From an uncultured Gemmatimonadales bacterium (GTDB lineage: Bacteria; Gemmatimonadota; Gemmatimonadetes; Gemmatimonadales; GWC2-71-9): a DNA stretch of 64,000 nt. The DNA lies in assembly GCA_963828735.1 (NCBI GenBank), contig CAWHFW010000002.1:896001-960000 (forward strand). The letters run 5' to 3'. Below the pieces are notes generated by a model, which was given only the letters and a program-made list of their open reading frames with translations, did not search any database and was not told the DNA's origin. This document shows, piece after piece, positions 39,811-51,545 of the stretch (position 1 is the stretch's first letter; every line of letters starts with the position of its first letter). A program made the position numbers and the translations under genes.

Positions 39811-40059
39811 GCGACTCTCCTTGTACGTGTTCGGCCACCACGCGCACCCGATTGTCAACGACCTGGAGGAAGCCACCGCGAACGACAAATCGCTTCACTG
39901 TGTCGGCCCGCCGAACCGTCAGCGTGCCCTCTCCGAGGAGCGTCATGAACGGCGCGTGATTCGGCAGGATGCCGACTTCACCGTCGAACGCAGGTGCGAC
40001 GACGGCGTCCGCTTCACCGTCGAACATAGACGCCTCGGGAGAGATGACCGTGACTTGCA

Positions 40060-40060
<1 letters not shown>
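39800..40060 (-). CDS. atpC: ATP synthase F1 epsilon (short, beta-sandwich only)
   Basis: VISPE, PAFDGEVGILPNHAPF, GGFLQV..VRVVAE. Confidence 0.92.
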
Positions 40061-42432
<2,372 letters not shown>

Positions 42433-42433
<1 letters not shown>

Positions 42434-44010
42434 CAGTCGGCCACGAAGAGCGGCTTGAAGGCGGCGATCGCGGCCTTGAGCCGGTTCGTCAGGTCGTCGT
42501 CGAGCGCCTTCTTGGTGCGGAGGTCGTTCAGGATGGCCGGGTGCTGCGCCTCGAGGTAGTCGAGGAAGTCGCGCTGCCACTGCCGGATGTGCGGCACCTG
42601 CACGTCGTCGAGGTAGCCGTTGGTCACGGCGTAGATGATCGCCACCTGCTTCTCGACCGGCACCGGCTGGTACTGCGGCTGCTTGAGCACCTCGACCAGC
42701 CGCGCCCCGCGGGCCAACTGCCGCTGGGTCGCGGCGTCCAAATCGGACCCGAACTGTGCGAAGGCCTCGAGCTCCCGATATTGCGCCAGCGAGAGCCGGA
42801 GCGGACCGGCGACCTGCTTCATGGCCTTGATCTGCGCGTTGCCACCCACGCGGCTCACGCTGATGCCTGCATCCACGGCCGGCCGGACGTTCGAGTAGAA
42901 CAGGTCGGTCGTGAGGAAGATCTGGCCGTCGGTGATCGAGATGACGTTGGTCGGGATGTAGGCCGACACGTCGCCCGCCTGGGTCTCGATGATCGGGAGC
43001 GCGGTGAGCGACCCGCCCGGCTTCTTGATCCGGGAATCGAATTTGATCGTTTCCGGGTTCTCGTTGATCTTCGCGGCGCGCTCGAGCAGGCGGCTGTGGA
43101 GGTAGAACACGTCGCCCGGATACGCCTCTCGCCCCGGCGGGCGGCGGAGAATCAGCGAGAGCTGTCGGTAGGCGGCGGCCTGCTTGGAGAGGTCGTCGTA
43201 CACGCAGAGGGTCGCCTTCCCCTCCTCGTACATGAAGTACTCGGCGAGAGCGCAGCCGGTATACGGGGCGATGAACTGGAGCGGCGCCGGCTCCGAGGCG
43301 GAGGCCACCACGACGATCGAGTACTCCAGCGCGCCGGCATCGCGGAGCTTCTCGACCACGGTGGCCACCGTTGACCGCTTCTGGCCGATGGCGACGTACA
43401 CGCAGATGACGCCGGTGCCCTTCTGGTTGATGATCGTGTCGACCGCGATGGCGGTCTTGCCGGTGCCGCGGTCGCCGATGATCAACTCGCGCTGGCCGCG
43501 GCCGATCGGGATCATGGCATCGATGGCCTTGATCCCCGTCTGGAGCGGCTCCTTCACCGGCTGGCGGACGATGATGCCTGGAGCCACCATCTCGACCTGG
43601 CGGGACGTCGTCGTCTGAATCGCCCCACGGCCGTCCACCGGCCGGCCGAGCGCGTCGACCACGCGACCGAGCATGGCGGGACCGGCGGGCACCTCGAGCA
43701 GCCGGCCGGTCCGACGGACTTCGTCGCCTTCCTTGAGCTTGAGGTAGTCGCCCAGGATGGCGGCACCCACGTTGTCCTCTTCCAGGTTGAGCACCAGGCC
43801 CGCCACCGTCTCCCCCGTCTCCGCGGCGGTGAACTCGAGCATCTCGCTCGAAACGGCCGACTTGAGGCCGTAAATGCGGGCGATGCCGTCCCGGACCTCC
43901 AGCACCGTCCCGACTTCGGAGACGTCGGCCGTGGACAGGTCGGCGGCGGCGATCTCGCGGAGGAGGATGTCCTTCAGTTCGCCGGGACGAAGAATGGAAT
44001 CGGTCGCCAT
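42433..44010 (-). CDS. atpA: ATP synthase F1 alpha
   Basis: [35 protein letters not shown]. Confidence 0.98.
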
Positions 44011-44055
44011 GTCGTGAGCAGCCTGACTAAGAAGGAATAGGGGTGCCTGAACAGC

Positions 44056-44073
44056 TTGTGAAAATAATCACAA
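44056..44073. promoter_or_regulatory. Rex-type operator overlapping the atpA promoter
   Basis: TTGTGAAAATAATCACAA, one mismatch to TTGTGAA-N4-TTCACAA; overlaps the -10 of minus-strand TTGCCC-N16-TATTTT. Confidence 0.65.
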
Positions 44074-44228
44074 TGCTGGAGTGGGCAAGGGTCCCTGCCT
44101 GGTGAAGCCTTCTAAACTACATCGATGGGTCAGGGTCGGCGAAGGCAGCGCACGAGTCCTGTGGCGGAAGTGGCCGACGGTAGGAGCCGAGGGAGGGGTC
44201 GGGACGGTGGGCCCAGCAGTCGCTCGCC

Positions 44229-44999
44229 CTACATCCGACTCCTCGTATTTCCCCGCGCGAACGCCTGGAGCACGCCGCGGGGGCCGAGCGCGCCCAGCCC
44301 GCGGGTCGAGACATCGGCGATCCGGCGCGAGGTGTTGCTGAGGTGGCTGGACGAGGCGAAGTGGAGCACCCGAACGACGGTGGGAATCGTGACCCCAGGG
44401 TTGGCGAGCAGCTGCGCCGCACAGGCCACCCGGGTCAGGTCGATGACCCGCTTCAGATTCGGGGCACCCCCGGCGCCGAACTGTCGGGAGAGGTGCTCGC
44501 GGCTCACGTCCAGCTGCCTGGCAAGCGTGGTCGTGCGGATCGGCCGTTCGACCTCGCCCACGAGCACACCCCAGGCCGCCTGCTGGAGCGGCTCGGTGAG
44601 CCGGAGCATCCGCGGTGCATCGGCCAGGGCGCGGCGGCGCTCGGCGGTGATCGAGCTGCGCATGACGACGTCGCCGATGATCGGGTCGTCGACGCCTTCG
44701 ACCGCCACCGACACCACCGCGTGGCGGCGGCAGGCCAGCAGCAGCTCGCCATCGTCGGGGCGGAACGGCGCGTAGGCCACGACCGGGATGCCCGGCCAGT
44801 CGCGCCGGATCCCTTCGAGCTCCGGCAGGAGCGCCGTGCTCGGGCACAGCACGATGGCGTCCACCAGTCGCCGCTCGAGCGCCCGACGGAGCGCGGCCGG
44901 CGAACGGCACGCCACGACGCCGGGGCCCTCCTTGGGCAGGGTGCGACGCAGCGCGAGGAGCGCGGCGCGACTCTCGAGCAGCGCGACGACGGTGGGCAC
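44229..44999 (-). CDS. AraC-type HTH regulator with degenerate receiver-like N-terminal domain
   Basis: LARQLDVSREHLSRQF and VVRVLHFASSSHLSN double HTH; N-terminal alpha/beta domain lacks the phosphoacceptor Asp (DAIVLCP). Confidence 0.75.
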   Translation of the reverse strand: MPTVVALLESRAALLALRRTLPKEGPGVVACRSPAALRRALERRLVDAIVLCPSTALLPELEGIRRDWPGIPVVAYAPFRPDDGELLLACRRHAVVSVAVEGVDDPIIGDVVMRSSITAERRRALADAPRMLRLTEPLQQAAWGVLVGEVERPIRTTTLARQLDVSREHLSRQFGAGGAPNLKRVIDLTRVACAAQLLANPGVTIPTVVRVLHFASSSHLSNTSRRIADVSTRGLGALGPRGVLQAFARGNTRSRM

Positions 45000-45002
45000 G
45001 GA

Positions 45003-45494
45003 TCAGCTCCCCGTCCGGTGCTCCGCGGTGGGGCGCGACCTGCCGGCCCCGACCGCCACCAGCGTGCGCACCATCTCGCCGGCGCGCTTGAGCACGCCGC
45101 GGGCGTTGTCGTAGCTCAGGGTCTCGAGCGCCTCGTCGAGCGAGCGCCACTGGCAGTCGGTGATGCCTTCGTCACGCTGTGGCGACGGCTCGCCGTCCGG
45201 GCTCTCGAAGAGGAAGAAGTGGCAGTACTTGTGGATGTGGCGTCCGCGGAACCGGAAGTGCCAGTCGATGACGCGGATCGGGCCCTGCAGGACGAGCCGG
45301 TCGAGCCCGGTCTCCTCCGCGGTCTCCCGCGTGGCCGCCTCCGCCGGCGACTCGCCGTCCTCGAGGTGGCCCTTCGGGAAGCCCCAGTTGTCGTAGGAGT
45401 CCTTGATCAGCAGGAACCGCGGATCCGCGTCCGGCCGGCGCCGGAACACAATGCCTCCGGCGCTCACTTCCAGCTCCGCCCGGCGCTTGCTCAT
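45003..45494 (-). CDS. NUDIX hydrolase (Ap4A hydrolase-like)
   Basis: SAGGIVF, WGFPKGHLEDGESPAEAATRETAEETGL Nudix box. Confidence 0.92.
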   Translation of the reverse strand: MSKRRAELEVSAGGIVFRRRPDADPRFLLIKDSYDNWGFPKGHLEDGESPAEAATRETAEETGLDRLVLQGPIRVIDWHFRFRGRHIHKYCHFFLFESPDGEPSPQRDEGITDCQWRSLDEALETLSYDNARGVLKRAGEMVRTLVAVGAGRSRPTAEHRTGS

Positions 45495-46501
45495 CAGAAC
45501 ACCGAGATCTTCAGGTACTTCTTGGGGTGGGCCTGGATGTCGGTGAGCAGCTCGCGGAACTGGATGACGGTCGCCGTGGTCTCGCGATAGAGCGTCGAGT
45601 CGGTGGCGAGCATGCCCAGCGTGCCGTTGCCGTGCTGGATCCGGGTCATCAGGGAATCGGCCTGCTGGAGCACGCGCACCAGGCTCGTCTCGTTGGCCTT
45701 GGCCGCGGCCATCACCGAGCGGAGATCGGCGGCGGCCTGCCGCAGGTCCTGGCTCGACGTGCGTCCGTTGGCCAGGATGTCCTTGAGCTGATTGTCGCTC
45801 GTCGCGGTGTCCAGCCGCGCCACCGCGTTCTGGAATGTCTTGGCGACGCCGGCGAAGGCGTCCGCCGTCGTCGCGACGTTCTGGCTCACGCGGTCGATGC
45901 GGGTCGTCTGCGCGCCGGCGAACACCACCAGACGCCCCGAGATCTCCGCCAGGTCCTTCACGCTCTTCTGCAGGTTCTTGAGCGCGGTGCTGTCGAACGC
46001 CTGGCTGATCCGCTGCGTCACGACGCCGACGTCGCCGGCGATGCGGCTGGCCTGCGCGGTCAACTGCCCGATGTCGGGAAGCGTCGCCCCGGGCCACGCC
46101 TCGCCGCCGGCGCTGTCCGACTCGACCAGCGCGTCGCGCAGATTGGGATCCGTGGGGAGGGGCTGGTAGGAGATGATCGCCGCGCCCCACTCGCCGAACA
46201 GGCTGGCGGACGCGGAGATCACCGCCGGCTTGGTCGGCAGGTCCACGCCCTTGTCGATGCTGAACTCCGTCTCGACCCAGTCGTTTTCCACCAGCCGGAT
46301 GGCCTCGACCCGGCCGACCTTCACGCCCCGGAGCGTGACCGGCGCGCCCACGCCGAGCCCGCCCACGGTCCGGAACCGCGCGACGGCGTTCACCCGCGTC
46401 TTGTGGACGTCGGTCTCGCTCAGCCAGAGCGCCCCGACGACGACCAGCGCGAGCGCCAGGAGCACCGCCAGCCCGACCGCGAACTCGTTCGTGCGTTTCA
46501 T
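45494..46501 (-). CDS. mlaD: MCE/MlaD family protein with long helical extension
   Basis: N-terminal TM helix; GLGVGAPVTLRGVKVGRV; GNGTLG..LY; DIQAHPKKY. Confidence 0.9.
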   Translation of the reverse strand: MKRTNEFAVGLAVLLALALVVVGALWLSETDVHKTRVNAVARFRTVGGLGVGAPVTLRGVKVGRVEAIRLVENDWVETEFSIDKGVDLPTKPAVISASASLFGEWGAAIISYQPLPTDPNLRDALVESDSAGGEAWPGATLPDIGQLTAQASRIAGDVGVVTQRISQAFDSTALKNLQKSVKDLAEISGRLVVFAGAQTTRIDRVSQNVATTADAFAGVAKTFQNAVARLDTATSDNQLKDILANGRTSSQDLRQAAADLRSVMAAAKANETSLVRVLQQADSLMTRIQHGNGTLGMLATDSTLYRETTATVIQFRELLTDIQAHPKKYLKISVF

Positions 46502-47217
46502 GGGCGTCCCTCGATGAACTGCCGGACTATCGGGTCCGTGGTGGCCTGGATCTCGGCTCTAGTCCCGACCTGCCGGATGCGACCGTCATCCAGCATGGCG
46601 ATACGGTCGCCGACGCAGAACGCGCTCCGCATGTCGTGGGTGACGATGAGCCCCGTGACGCCCAGGTCGCGCGTGCGTACCATGAGCTGGTCCAGGACCG
46701 CCGAGGTGATCGGATCGAGGCCGGAGGTCGGCTCGTCGTAGAGAATGTAGCGCGGCTTGAGCGCGACGGCCCGCGCGATCCCGACCCGCTTCCGCATGCC
46801 GCCGCTCAGCTCGGCCGGGTACTTGTCCTCGGTCCCCGAGAGATCCACCACCGCGAGGCTCTCCTCGATCCGCTCGGCGATGACGGCCGGCCCGTGCCCG
46901 CGGCGGACAAGGCCGAGGGCGATGTTCTCCGCGACCGTCATGGAGTCGAACAGCGCCGCGAACTGAAAGACGTAGCCGATGTGCCCGCGGAGTTCGGTCA
47001 GCTCGTCGCGGCTCAGATCGCCCACCACCGCCCCATCGACGATCACCCGGCCCGCGTCCGGCTCCAGCAGGCCGACGACGCACTTGAGCGTGACGCTCTT
47101 CCCCGCCCCGGACGACCCGATGATGACCGTGTTCTGCCCCTGCGGCACCTCGAGCGTGACGCCGTCGAGCACGCGCCGGTCGCCGAACGACTTCGTCAGG
47201 TCCTCGAGCTGGATCAT
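46498..47217 (-). CDS. mlaF: MlaF/Mkl ABC ATPase
   Basis: GSSGAGKS, FQFAALFDSM, LSGGMRKR, YDEPTSGLDP. Confidence 0.93.
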   Translation of the reverse strand: MIQLEDLTKSFGDRRVLDGVTLEVPQGQNTVIIGSSGAGKSVTLKCVVGLLEPDAGRVIVDGAVVGDLSRDELTELRGHIGYVFQFAALFDSMTVAENIALGLVRRGHGPAVIAERIEESLAVVDLSGTEDKYPAELSGGMRKRVGIARAVALKPRYILYDEPTSGLDPITSAVLDQLMVRTRDLGVTGLIVTHDMRSAFCVGDRIAMLDDGRIRQVGTRAEIQATTDPIVRQFIEGRP

Positions 47218-47299
47218 GCGGCGACCGGGGAAGCGGGCACAACCGACCGACGCAGGCCGGGTCCATCCTTCGTCTCCCCCGTCGCCGGCCGCACCCCCA

Positions 47300-48061
47300 T
47301 CACAACAGGATCAGCGCCCAGAACGCATCCAGCACGAGGATCGCCTCGCAGCCGAGCACCACGGCGCGCGTGGTCGACTCGCCGACACCCTGCGCGCCGC
47401 TCTTCGCGTCGAGGCCGCGCAGGCAGCCCATCAGGGCCACGGCGGCGCCGAAGCTCGCGCTCTTCACCAGGCCGAACCAGATGTCCTTGAACCGATAGAA
47501 CAGCTTGAGTCCCTTGAGGAACTCCGGCGTCGACAGGTCCAGCAGGTTGACCGCGGTGATCCACCCGGAGGTGACGCCCACGGCCATCGCGAAGGCGGTC
47601 ACGACGGGGAACATGAGCGCGGCGGCGAGCACTCGCGGCACCACGAGGTACGAGTTCCGATCGTAGGCCAGCGTCTCGAGCGCGTCGACCTGCTCGGTGA
47701 CCTTCATGGTGCCCAGCTCGGCGGCGATGCTCGCGCCGACGCGGCCCGCGAGCGCCATGCCCGTGAGGACGGGGCCGAGCTCCATCATCACCGTCTTCCC
47801 GACGAGCGCACCGACGAAGTAGAGCGGCACGGCGCCGGTGAAGATATAGGAGGAGAGCAGCGAGAGGACGATGCCGGTGAAGACCGCGATGAAGAGCGCG
47901 ATGGGCACCGAATCCACGCCGAGGCGCCGCATCTGCCCGATGAGCAGAGGCGACCAGGTGCGGACATCGGCGAGGGCACGGACGGTTTCGAGGCTGCGGC
48001 GTCCGACGTGTGCGACGAAACCGTCCCGGGCTGAGACGCGAGCTGCCACGGGGGGCGACAC
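47300..48061 (-). CDS. mlaE: MlaE ABC permease
   Basis: ELGPVLTG..AGRVGASIAAELGTMKVTEQVDAL, GVGESTTRAVV. Confidence 0.93.
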   Translation of the reverse strand: MSPPVAARVSARDGFVAHVGRRSLETVRALADVRTWSPLLIGQMRRLGVDSVPIALFIAVFTGIVLSLLSSYIFTGAVPLYFVGALVGKTVMMELGPVLTGMALAGRVGASIAAELGTMKVTEQVDALETLAYDRNSYLVVPRVLAAALMFPVVTAFAMAVGVTSGWITAVNLLDLSTPEFLKGLKLFYRFKDIWFGLVKSASFGAAVALMGCLRGLDAKSGAQGVGESTTRAVVLGCEAILVLDAFWALILL

Positions 48062-48118
48062 GATGGGAAACGTACGGTGGCGGTCGGGAGGTGTAAAGAA
48101 GAGCGCGGCGGCCCTGCC

Positions 48119-49129
48119 CTAGGCGGCGAAGCTGGCCAGCGCGCGTCCCACGTCGCCCTCGCGCAGCCGCTTGAGCGCTCGGTCGCGCAGCTGCCGGATG
48201 CGTTCCCGGGTGACGCCGAGCATCCCGCCGATCTCTTCCAGGGTGTGCTCGCGGCCGCCATCGAGTCCGAAGTAGAGTCGCAGCACCTTCGCGTCGCGCG
48301 GAGGCAGGGTCCGGAGCGCGCTCTCGATCTCCTCGCTCAGGAACTTGTCCATCGCCTGCTGTTCCGGATCGCCGTGCTCGTCGGCGATGAAGCGCTCGAT
48401 GAGCGAGCGGTCGCCGTCGGGATCAAGCGGCGCGTCGAGCCGCACTTCACTGGTGTTGAGCGCGGCCAGCGATTGCACCACGTCCACCGTCAGTCCCGTG
48501 GCGTTGGCGATCTCCTCGGGCGTCGGCTCGCGCCGGAGGTCCTGGCGGAGCGTCTCGGCCGTTCGCACGATGCGCGACAGGTCCGCCGTGCGGTTGAGCG
48601 GGACGCGCACGGTGCGCCCGTGGCGCGCGAGCGCGGCGAGGATGGCCTGTCGGATCCACCAGACGGCGTAGGAGATAAACTTCACGCCCTGGTCGGGATC
48701 GAACTTCCGGGCGGCGGTGAGCAGGCCGACGTTGCCCTCGCCGATCAGGTCGGTGAGCGCGAGGCCGCGGTTCTGATATTTCTTGGCTACCGAGATGACG
48801 AATCGCAGGTTGCGCTTGACCAGCTCCTGCATGGCCTCCTCGTCGCCGGCGCGGACCCGCTTGGCGATGGCGATCTCCTGCTGCGCCGTGAGGAGCGGCG
48901 TCTTGCTGACCTCGTAGAGGTACTGGTCGAGAATGTCCCCATCGGCATCGTACACGCCGAGGCTCTTCGCCGTCTCGCTTTTGCGCCGGCGGCGCGGCTT
49001 GGTCGGCGGCGACTGGGCGAGGATCTCGGCGATGCTGAGATCGTCGGAGTACGCCTCGGTCGAGAGGTCGGGGGGACGCTTGGAGGGTTGGGGCGCGCCG
49101 TTCCCGTCGTGGGGCTTCTTCTTCGGCAT
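48119..49129 (-). CDS. RNA polymerase sigma70 factor, RpoD/RpoS type (regions 1.2-4, no region 1.1)
   Basis: NLRFVISVAKKY, DLIGEGNVGL, KFISYAVWWIRQ, TLEEIG..GVTRERIRQ. Confidence 0.95.
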   Translation of the reverse strand: MPKKKPHDGNGAPQPSKRPPDLSTEAYSDDLSIAEILAQSPPTKPRRRRKSETAKSLGVYDADGDILDQYLYEVSKTPLLTAQQEIAIAKRVRAGDEEAMQELVKRNLRFVISVAKKYQNRGLALTDLIGEGNVGLLTAARKFDPDQGVKFISYAVWWIRQAILAALARHGRTVRVPLNRTADLSRIVRTAETLRQDLRREPTPEEIANATGLTVDVVQSLAALNTSEVRLDAPLDPDGDRSLIERFIADEHGDPEQQAMDKFLSEEIESALRTLPPRDAKVLRLYFGLDGGREHTLEEIGGMLGVTRERIRQLRDRALKRLREGDVGRALASFAA

Positions 49130-49152
49130 GTCGTTCAAGATAGGTAATCCGC

Positions 49153-49181
49153 TTGACGCTCGCTTACGCGATGGCTAGGTT
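49153..49181 (+). promoter_or_regulatory. sigma70 promoter of tRNA-Ala
   Basis: TTGACG-N17-TAGGTT. Confidence 0.6.
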
Positions 49182-49236
49182 TCCGTGCTGTCACGGCGTC
49201 AGGGGCGGGTAACTCCGAAGGGTGCGACAATATAGC

Positions 49237-49309
49237 GGGGGCGTAGCTCAGTTGGGAGAGCGCGTGAATGGCATTCACGAGGTCAGGGGTTCGATCCCCC
49301 TCGCCTCCA
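49237..49309 (+). tRNA. tRNA-Ala(GGC)
   Basis: Cloverleaf; G3:U70 pair; anticodon arm CGTGA-ATGGCAT-TCACG; CCA not encoded. Confidence 0.96.
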
Positions 49310-49374
49310 CTCCTCGGCGCCGCACGAGCGTGGTCGGACCAGCGCGACAGCATGGCGGGCGGTGCACGACGGCG

Positions 49375-49403
49375 TTGCGCGGCCGCTGAGCGGACGCTAA
49401 ACT
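49375..49403 (+). promoter_or_regulatory. sigma70 promoter of the Gly-fMet-Val-Arg tRNA run
   Basis: TTGCGC-N17-TAAACT followed by a GC-rich discriminator. Confidence 0.6.
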
Positions 49404-49414
49404 CCAGGCCGCTT

Positions 49415-49487
49415 GCGGGAATAGCTCAGTTGGTAGAGCACAACCTTGCCAAGGTTGGGGTCGCGGGTTCGAGTCCCGTTTCCCGCT
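49415..49487 (+). tRNA. tRNA-Gly(GCC)
   Basis: GCGGGAATAGCTCAG..CAACC-TTGCCAA-GGTTG..GTTCGAGT. Confidence 0.97.
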
Positions 49488-49505
49488 CTCTGAAAAGGCA
49501 TACGT

Positions 49506-49579
49506 CGCGGGGTGGAGCAGTCTGGTAGCTCGCCGGGCTCATAACCCGGAGGTCGTGGGTTCAAATCCCACCCCCGCTA
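49506..49579 (+). tRNA. Initiator tRNA-fMet(CAT)
   Basis: C1:U72 mismatch; three G-C pairs in anticodon stem CCGGG-CTCATAA-CCCGG. Confidence 0.96.
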
Positions 49580-49582
49580 TTG

Positions 49583-49663
49583 CAGGACCGAGAGGACGGA
49601 GACGCCGGAGAGGACGGAGCAGCCGATCCGCCTCGACGCCATCTCCGTCCTCTCCGTCCTCTG
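49583..49663. repeat. Direct plus inverted repeat in the fMet-Val spacer
   Basis: GAGAGGACGGAG twice, then the complementary CTCCGTCCTCTCCGTCCTCT. Confidence 0.6.
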
Positions 49664-49665
49664 AC

Positions 49666-49739
49666 GGGCGGTTAGCTCAGTTGGTTAGAGCGCCACGTTG
49701 ACATCGTGGAGGTCACAAGTTCGAGTCTTGTACCGCCCA
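49666..49739 (+). tRNA. tRNA-Val(GAC)
   Basis: Anticodon arm CCACG-TTGACAT-CGTGG; T arm ACAAGTTCGAGTCTTGT. Confidence 0.96.
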
Positions 49740-49747
49740 TCACAGTC

Positions 49748-49821
49748 GCGCCCTTAGCTCAATTGGATAGAGCATTTGACTACGGATCAAAAGGTTGGGG
49801 GTTCGAGTCCCTCAGGGCGCA
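49748..49821 (+). tRNA. tRNA-Arg(ACG)
   Basis: Anticodon arm TTTGA-CTACGGA-TCAAA. Confidence 0.96.
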
Positions 49822-49840
49822 TCCCCACGTCATTGTCGCA

Positions 49841-49873
49841 ACGCCCCGGCCCTGCGCCGGGGCGTCGTCGTTT
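49841..49873 (+). terminator. Hairpin after tRNA-Arg(ACG)
   Basis: ACGCCCCGGC-CCTGC-GCCGGGGCGT followed by CGTCGTTT. Confidence 0.55.
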
Positions 49874-49980
49874 CCGGACCTGGTCCACCACCTCGAGAGG
49901 CGCTTGGGAGAGCGGCGCCGACAAGCCCCGAGGGCTACCAATCGTGAGGGAGGGCATTACATTCACCGCTCTCCGGGACA

Positions 49981-50055
49981 CGGGGCGTAGCGCAGCCCGG
50001 TTAGCGCGCCTGCTTCGGGAGCAGGAGGTCCGGGGTTCAAATCCCCGCGCCCCGA
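49981..50055 (+). tRNA. tRNA-Pro(CGG)
   Basis: CGGGGCGTAGCGCAG..CCTGC-TTCGGGA-GCAGG..GTTCAAAT. Confidence 0.96.
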
Positions 50056-50070
50056 TTTCGTCAAAACTAG

Positions 50071-50105
50071 AATCCCGTCAGCGGTTAAAGGCTGACGGGA
50101 TTTTT
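50071..50105 (+). terminator. Rho-independent terminator
   Basis: AATCCCGTCAGC-GGTTAAAG-GCTGACGGGATT followed by a T run. Confidence 0.8.
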
Positions 50106-50189
50106 GCGTCTTCGTAGGGCGTTCATGAGTTGTCACCAAAGGTGAGACCCTGCTTGACCCCCCGAGTCAACGCCATCGACCCTGCCCGC

Positions 50190-50567
50190 CTACTGGCCTA
50201 CCTCGGATTGCTGCAGGAGACTCTGAATTCGATCCACCAAGGTGTCCGACGCGAATGGCTTCGGAAGATATTCCCACCGGAGCGGCGTCAGCGTGTCCGG
50301 ATTCACCTGCCCGTCTCCCCGGGCCGAGACGAACAACACGGGGATGCCGGGGCGGCGTTCGTGGATCTGGAGGGCCAGCTCCGGTCCCGACGTGCCCGGC
50401 AGCCAGACATCAATCAGCAGTAGATCGGGCACCTCTTCGGAGCCAAGGAGTTCGAGGGCGTGGGCCGCGTCCTTGGTAGGTAGGCAGCGGTAGCCTTCGA
50501 ACTCCAGAATCCGGCAGATGGCGCGCAGGATGCTGGTATTGTCCTCGACGACCAGAATAAGCGGCAT
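50190..50567 (-). CDS. Stand-alone response regulator receiver
   Basis: ILVVEDN, PDLLLIDVWLPGTSG, VLFVS, LPKPF. Confidence 0.85.
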   Translation of the reverse strand: MPLILVVEDNTSILRAICRILEFEGYRCLPTKDAAHALELLGSEEVPDLLLIDVWLPGTSGPELALQIHERRPGIPVLFVSARGDGQVNPDTLTPLRWEYLPKPFASDTLVDRIQSLLQQSEVGQ

Positions 50568-50731
50568 TGGAGTCACAAGCTTGGAACCTCCGGACCCCAG
50601 AGGGAATCCCCTACCAAGGTGTAAGGTTGACAGTTGGTCACTACTCACGAGTGCTGGCGAGGTTAGCAATGCTCTCCGCGCTATCGTGAAGGCACTTGTG
50701 GGAATGCGCTACTGCATCGCCTGCCGGCAAC

Positions 50732-51328
50732 TCAGCTCGGAGGCGTGATGACGCGGGGGCGCGGGGGGGGGCGCGGGACCGCCATGCGACGGCGAAGCTC
50801 CATCAAGGCGACCATGAGATCGCCGCTCCACGCCATCTGGTCTCTTGCGATCATGCGTTGCCGTTCGGCCATTGAACGAGATTCGGCGGCATCCGCGCGC
50901 GACTGCTGTGCCAGCCGACGCATCGCTCGCGACTTGAGGATCAGCGGCGCGACCGTTCGCGCCAATTCTTCCTGATCGAACGGCTTCTGCAGGAGGGGTA
51001 CCGGAGGGAGGTCGGGTGGCAGCTGGGCCAATGCCGACATGGCCACCACCGGCAATGTAGCGCGGCACTCCAGGAGCACCGCGATCAATTCGGGGCCGGA
51101 TACGACCGGCATCGCCAAGTCGGTGAGGACTGCGTCGAGCAGGTGGGCCTCGTCCCGCGCGATCACATGAAGGGCCTGCTCGCCGTCGGCGGCCTCGACC
51201 ACGGCGGTTCCCTCTACCTGCAGCATCCGCCGCAGTGCTCGGCGCACGAACGGATCATCGTCCACGACGAGCAAGGTTGCTCCGTCGGGGATCTGGAAGC
51301 GCGGGGTCTGGAGATCCACTTTGCCCAT
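50732..51328 (-). CDS. Receiver domain with C-terminal coiled coil
   Basis: LLVVDDD, AVLTDLAMPVVSG, LQKPF; GGGGAAG RBS. Confidence 0.85.
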   Translation of the reverse strand: MGKVDLQTPRFQIPDGATLLVVDDDPFVRRALRRMLQVEGTAVVEAADGEQALHVIARDEAHLLDAVLTDLAMPVVSGPELIAVLLECRATLPVVAMSALAQLPPDLPPVPLLQKPFDQEELARTVAPLILKSRAMRRLAQQSRADAAESRSMAERQRMIARDQMAWSGDLMVALMELRRRMAVPRPPPRPRVITPPS

Positions 51329-51545
51329 GTAACTTCCCCGTACTCATAACTACTTGACAACGTTGAACACTGTGAGCGCGTTCACGTTCGAAATCGATGT
51401 CTTAAGCGGCCGAACAGGGTCGTGCATGAGAATCTCTGAGCCACGTTGCCGTTCGGGTCCGCTGTTCTCGCGAATTCACTTTATCAGGCCTCCTGGTCCC
51501 ACCTCGAACGCCTGGAAAGGCCTCCAGACATGAATTGGAAGGACA

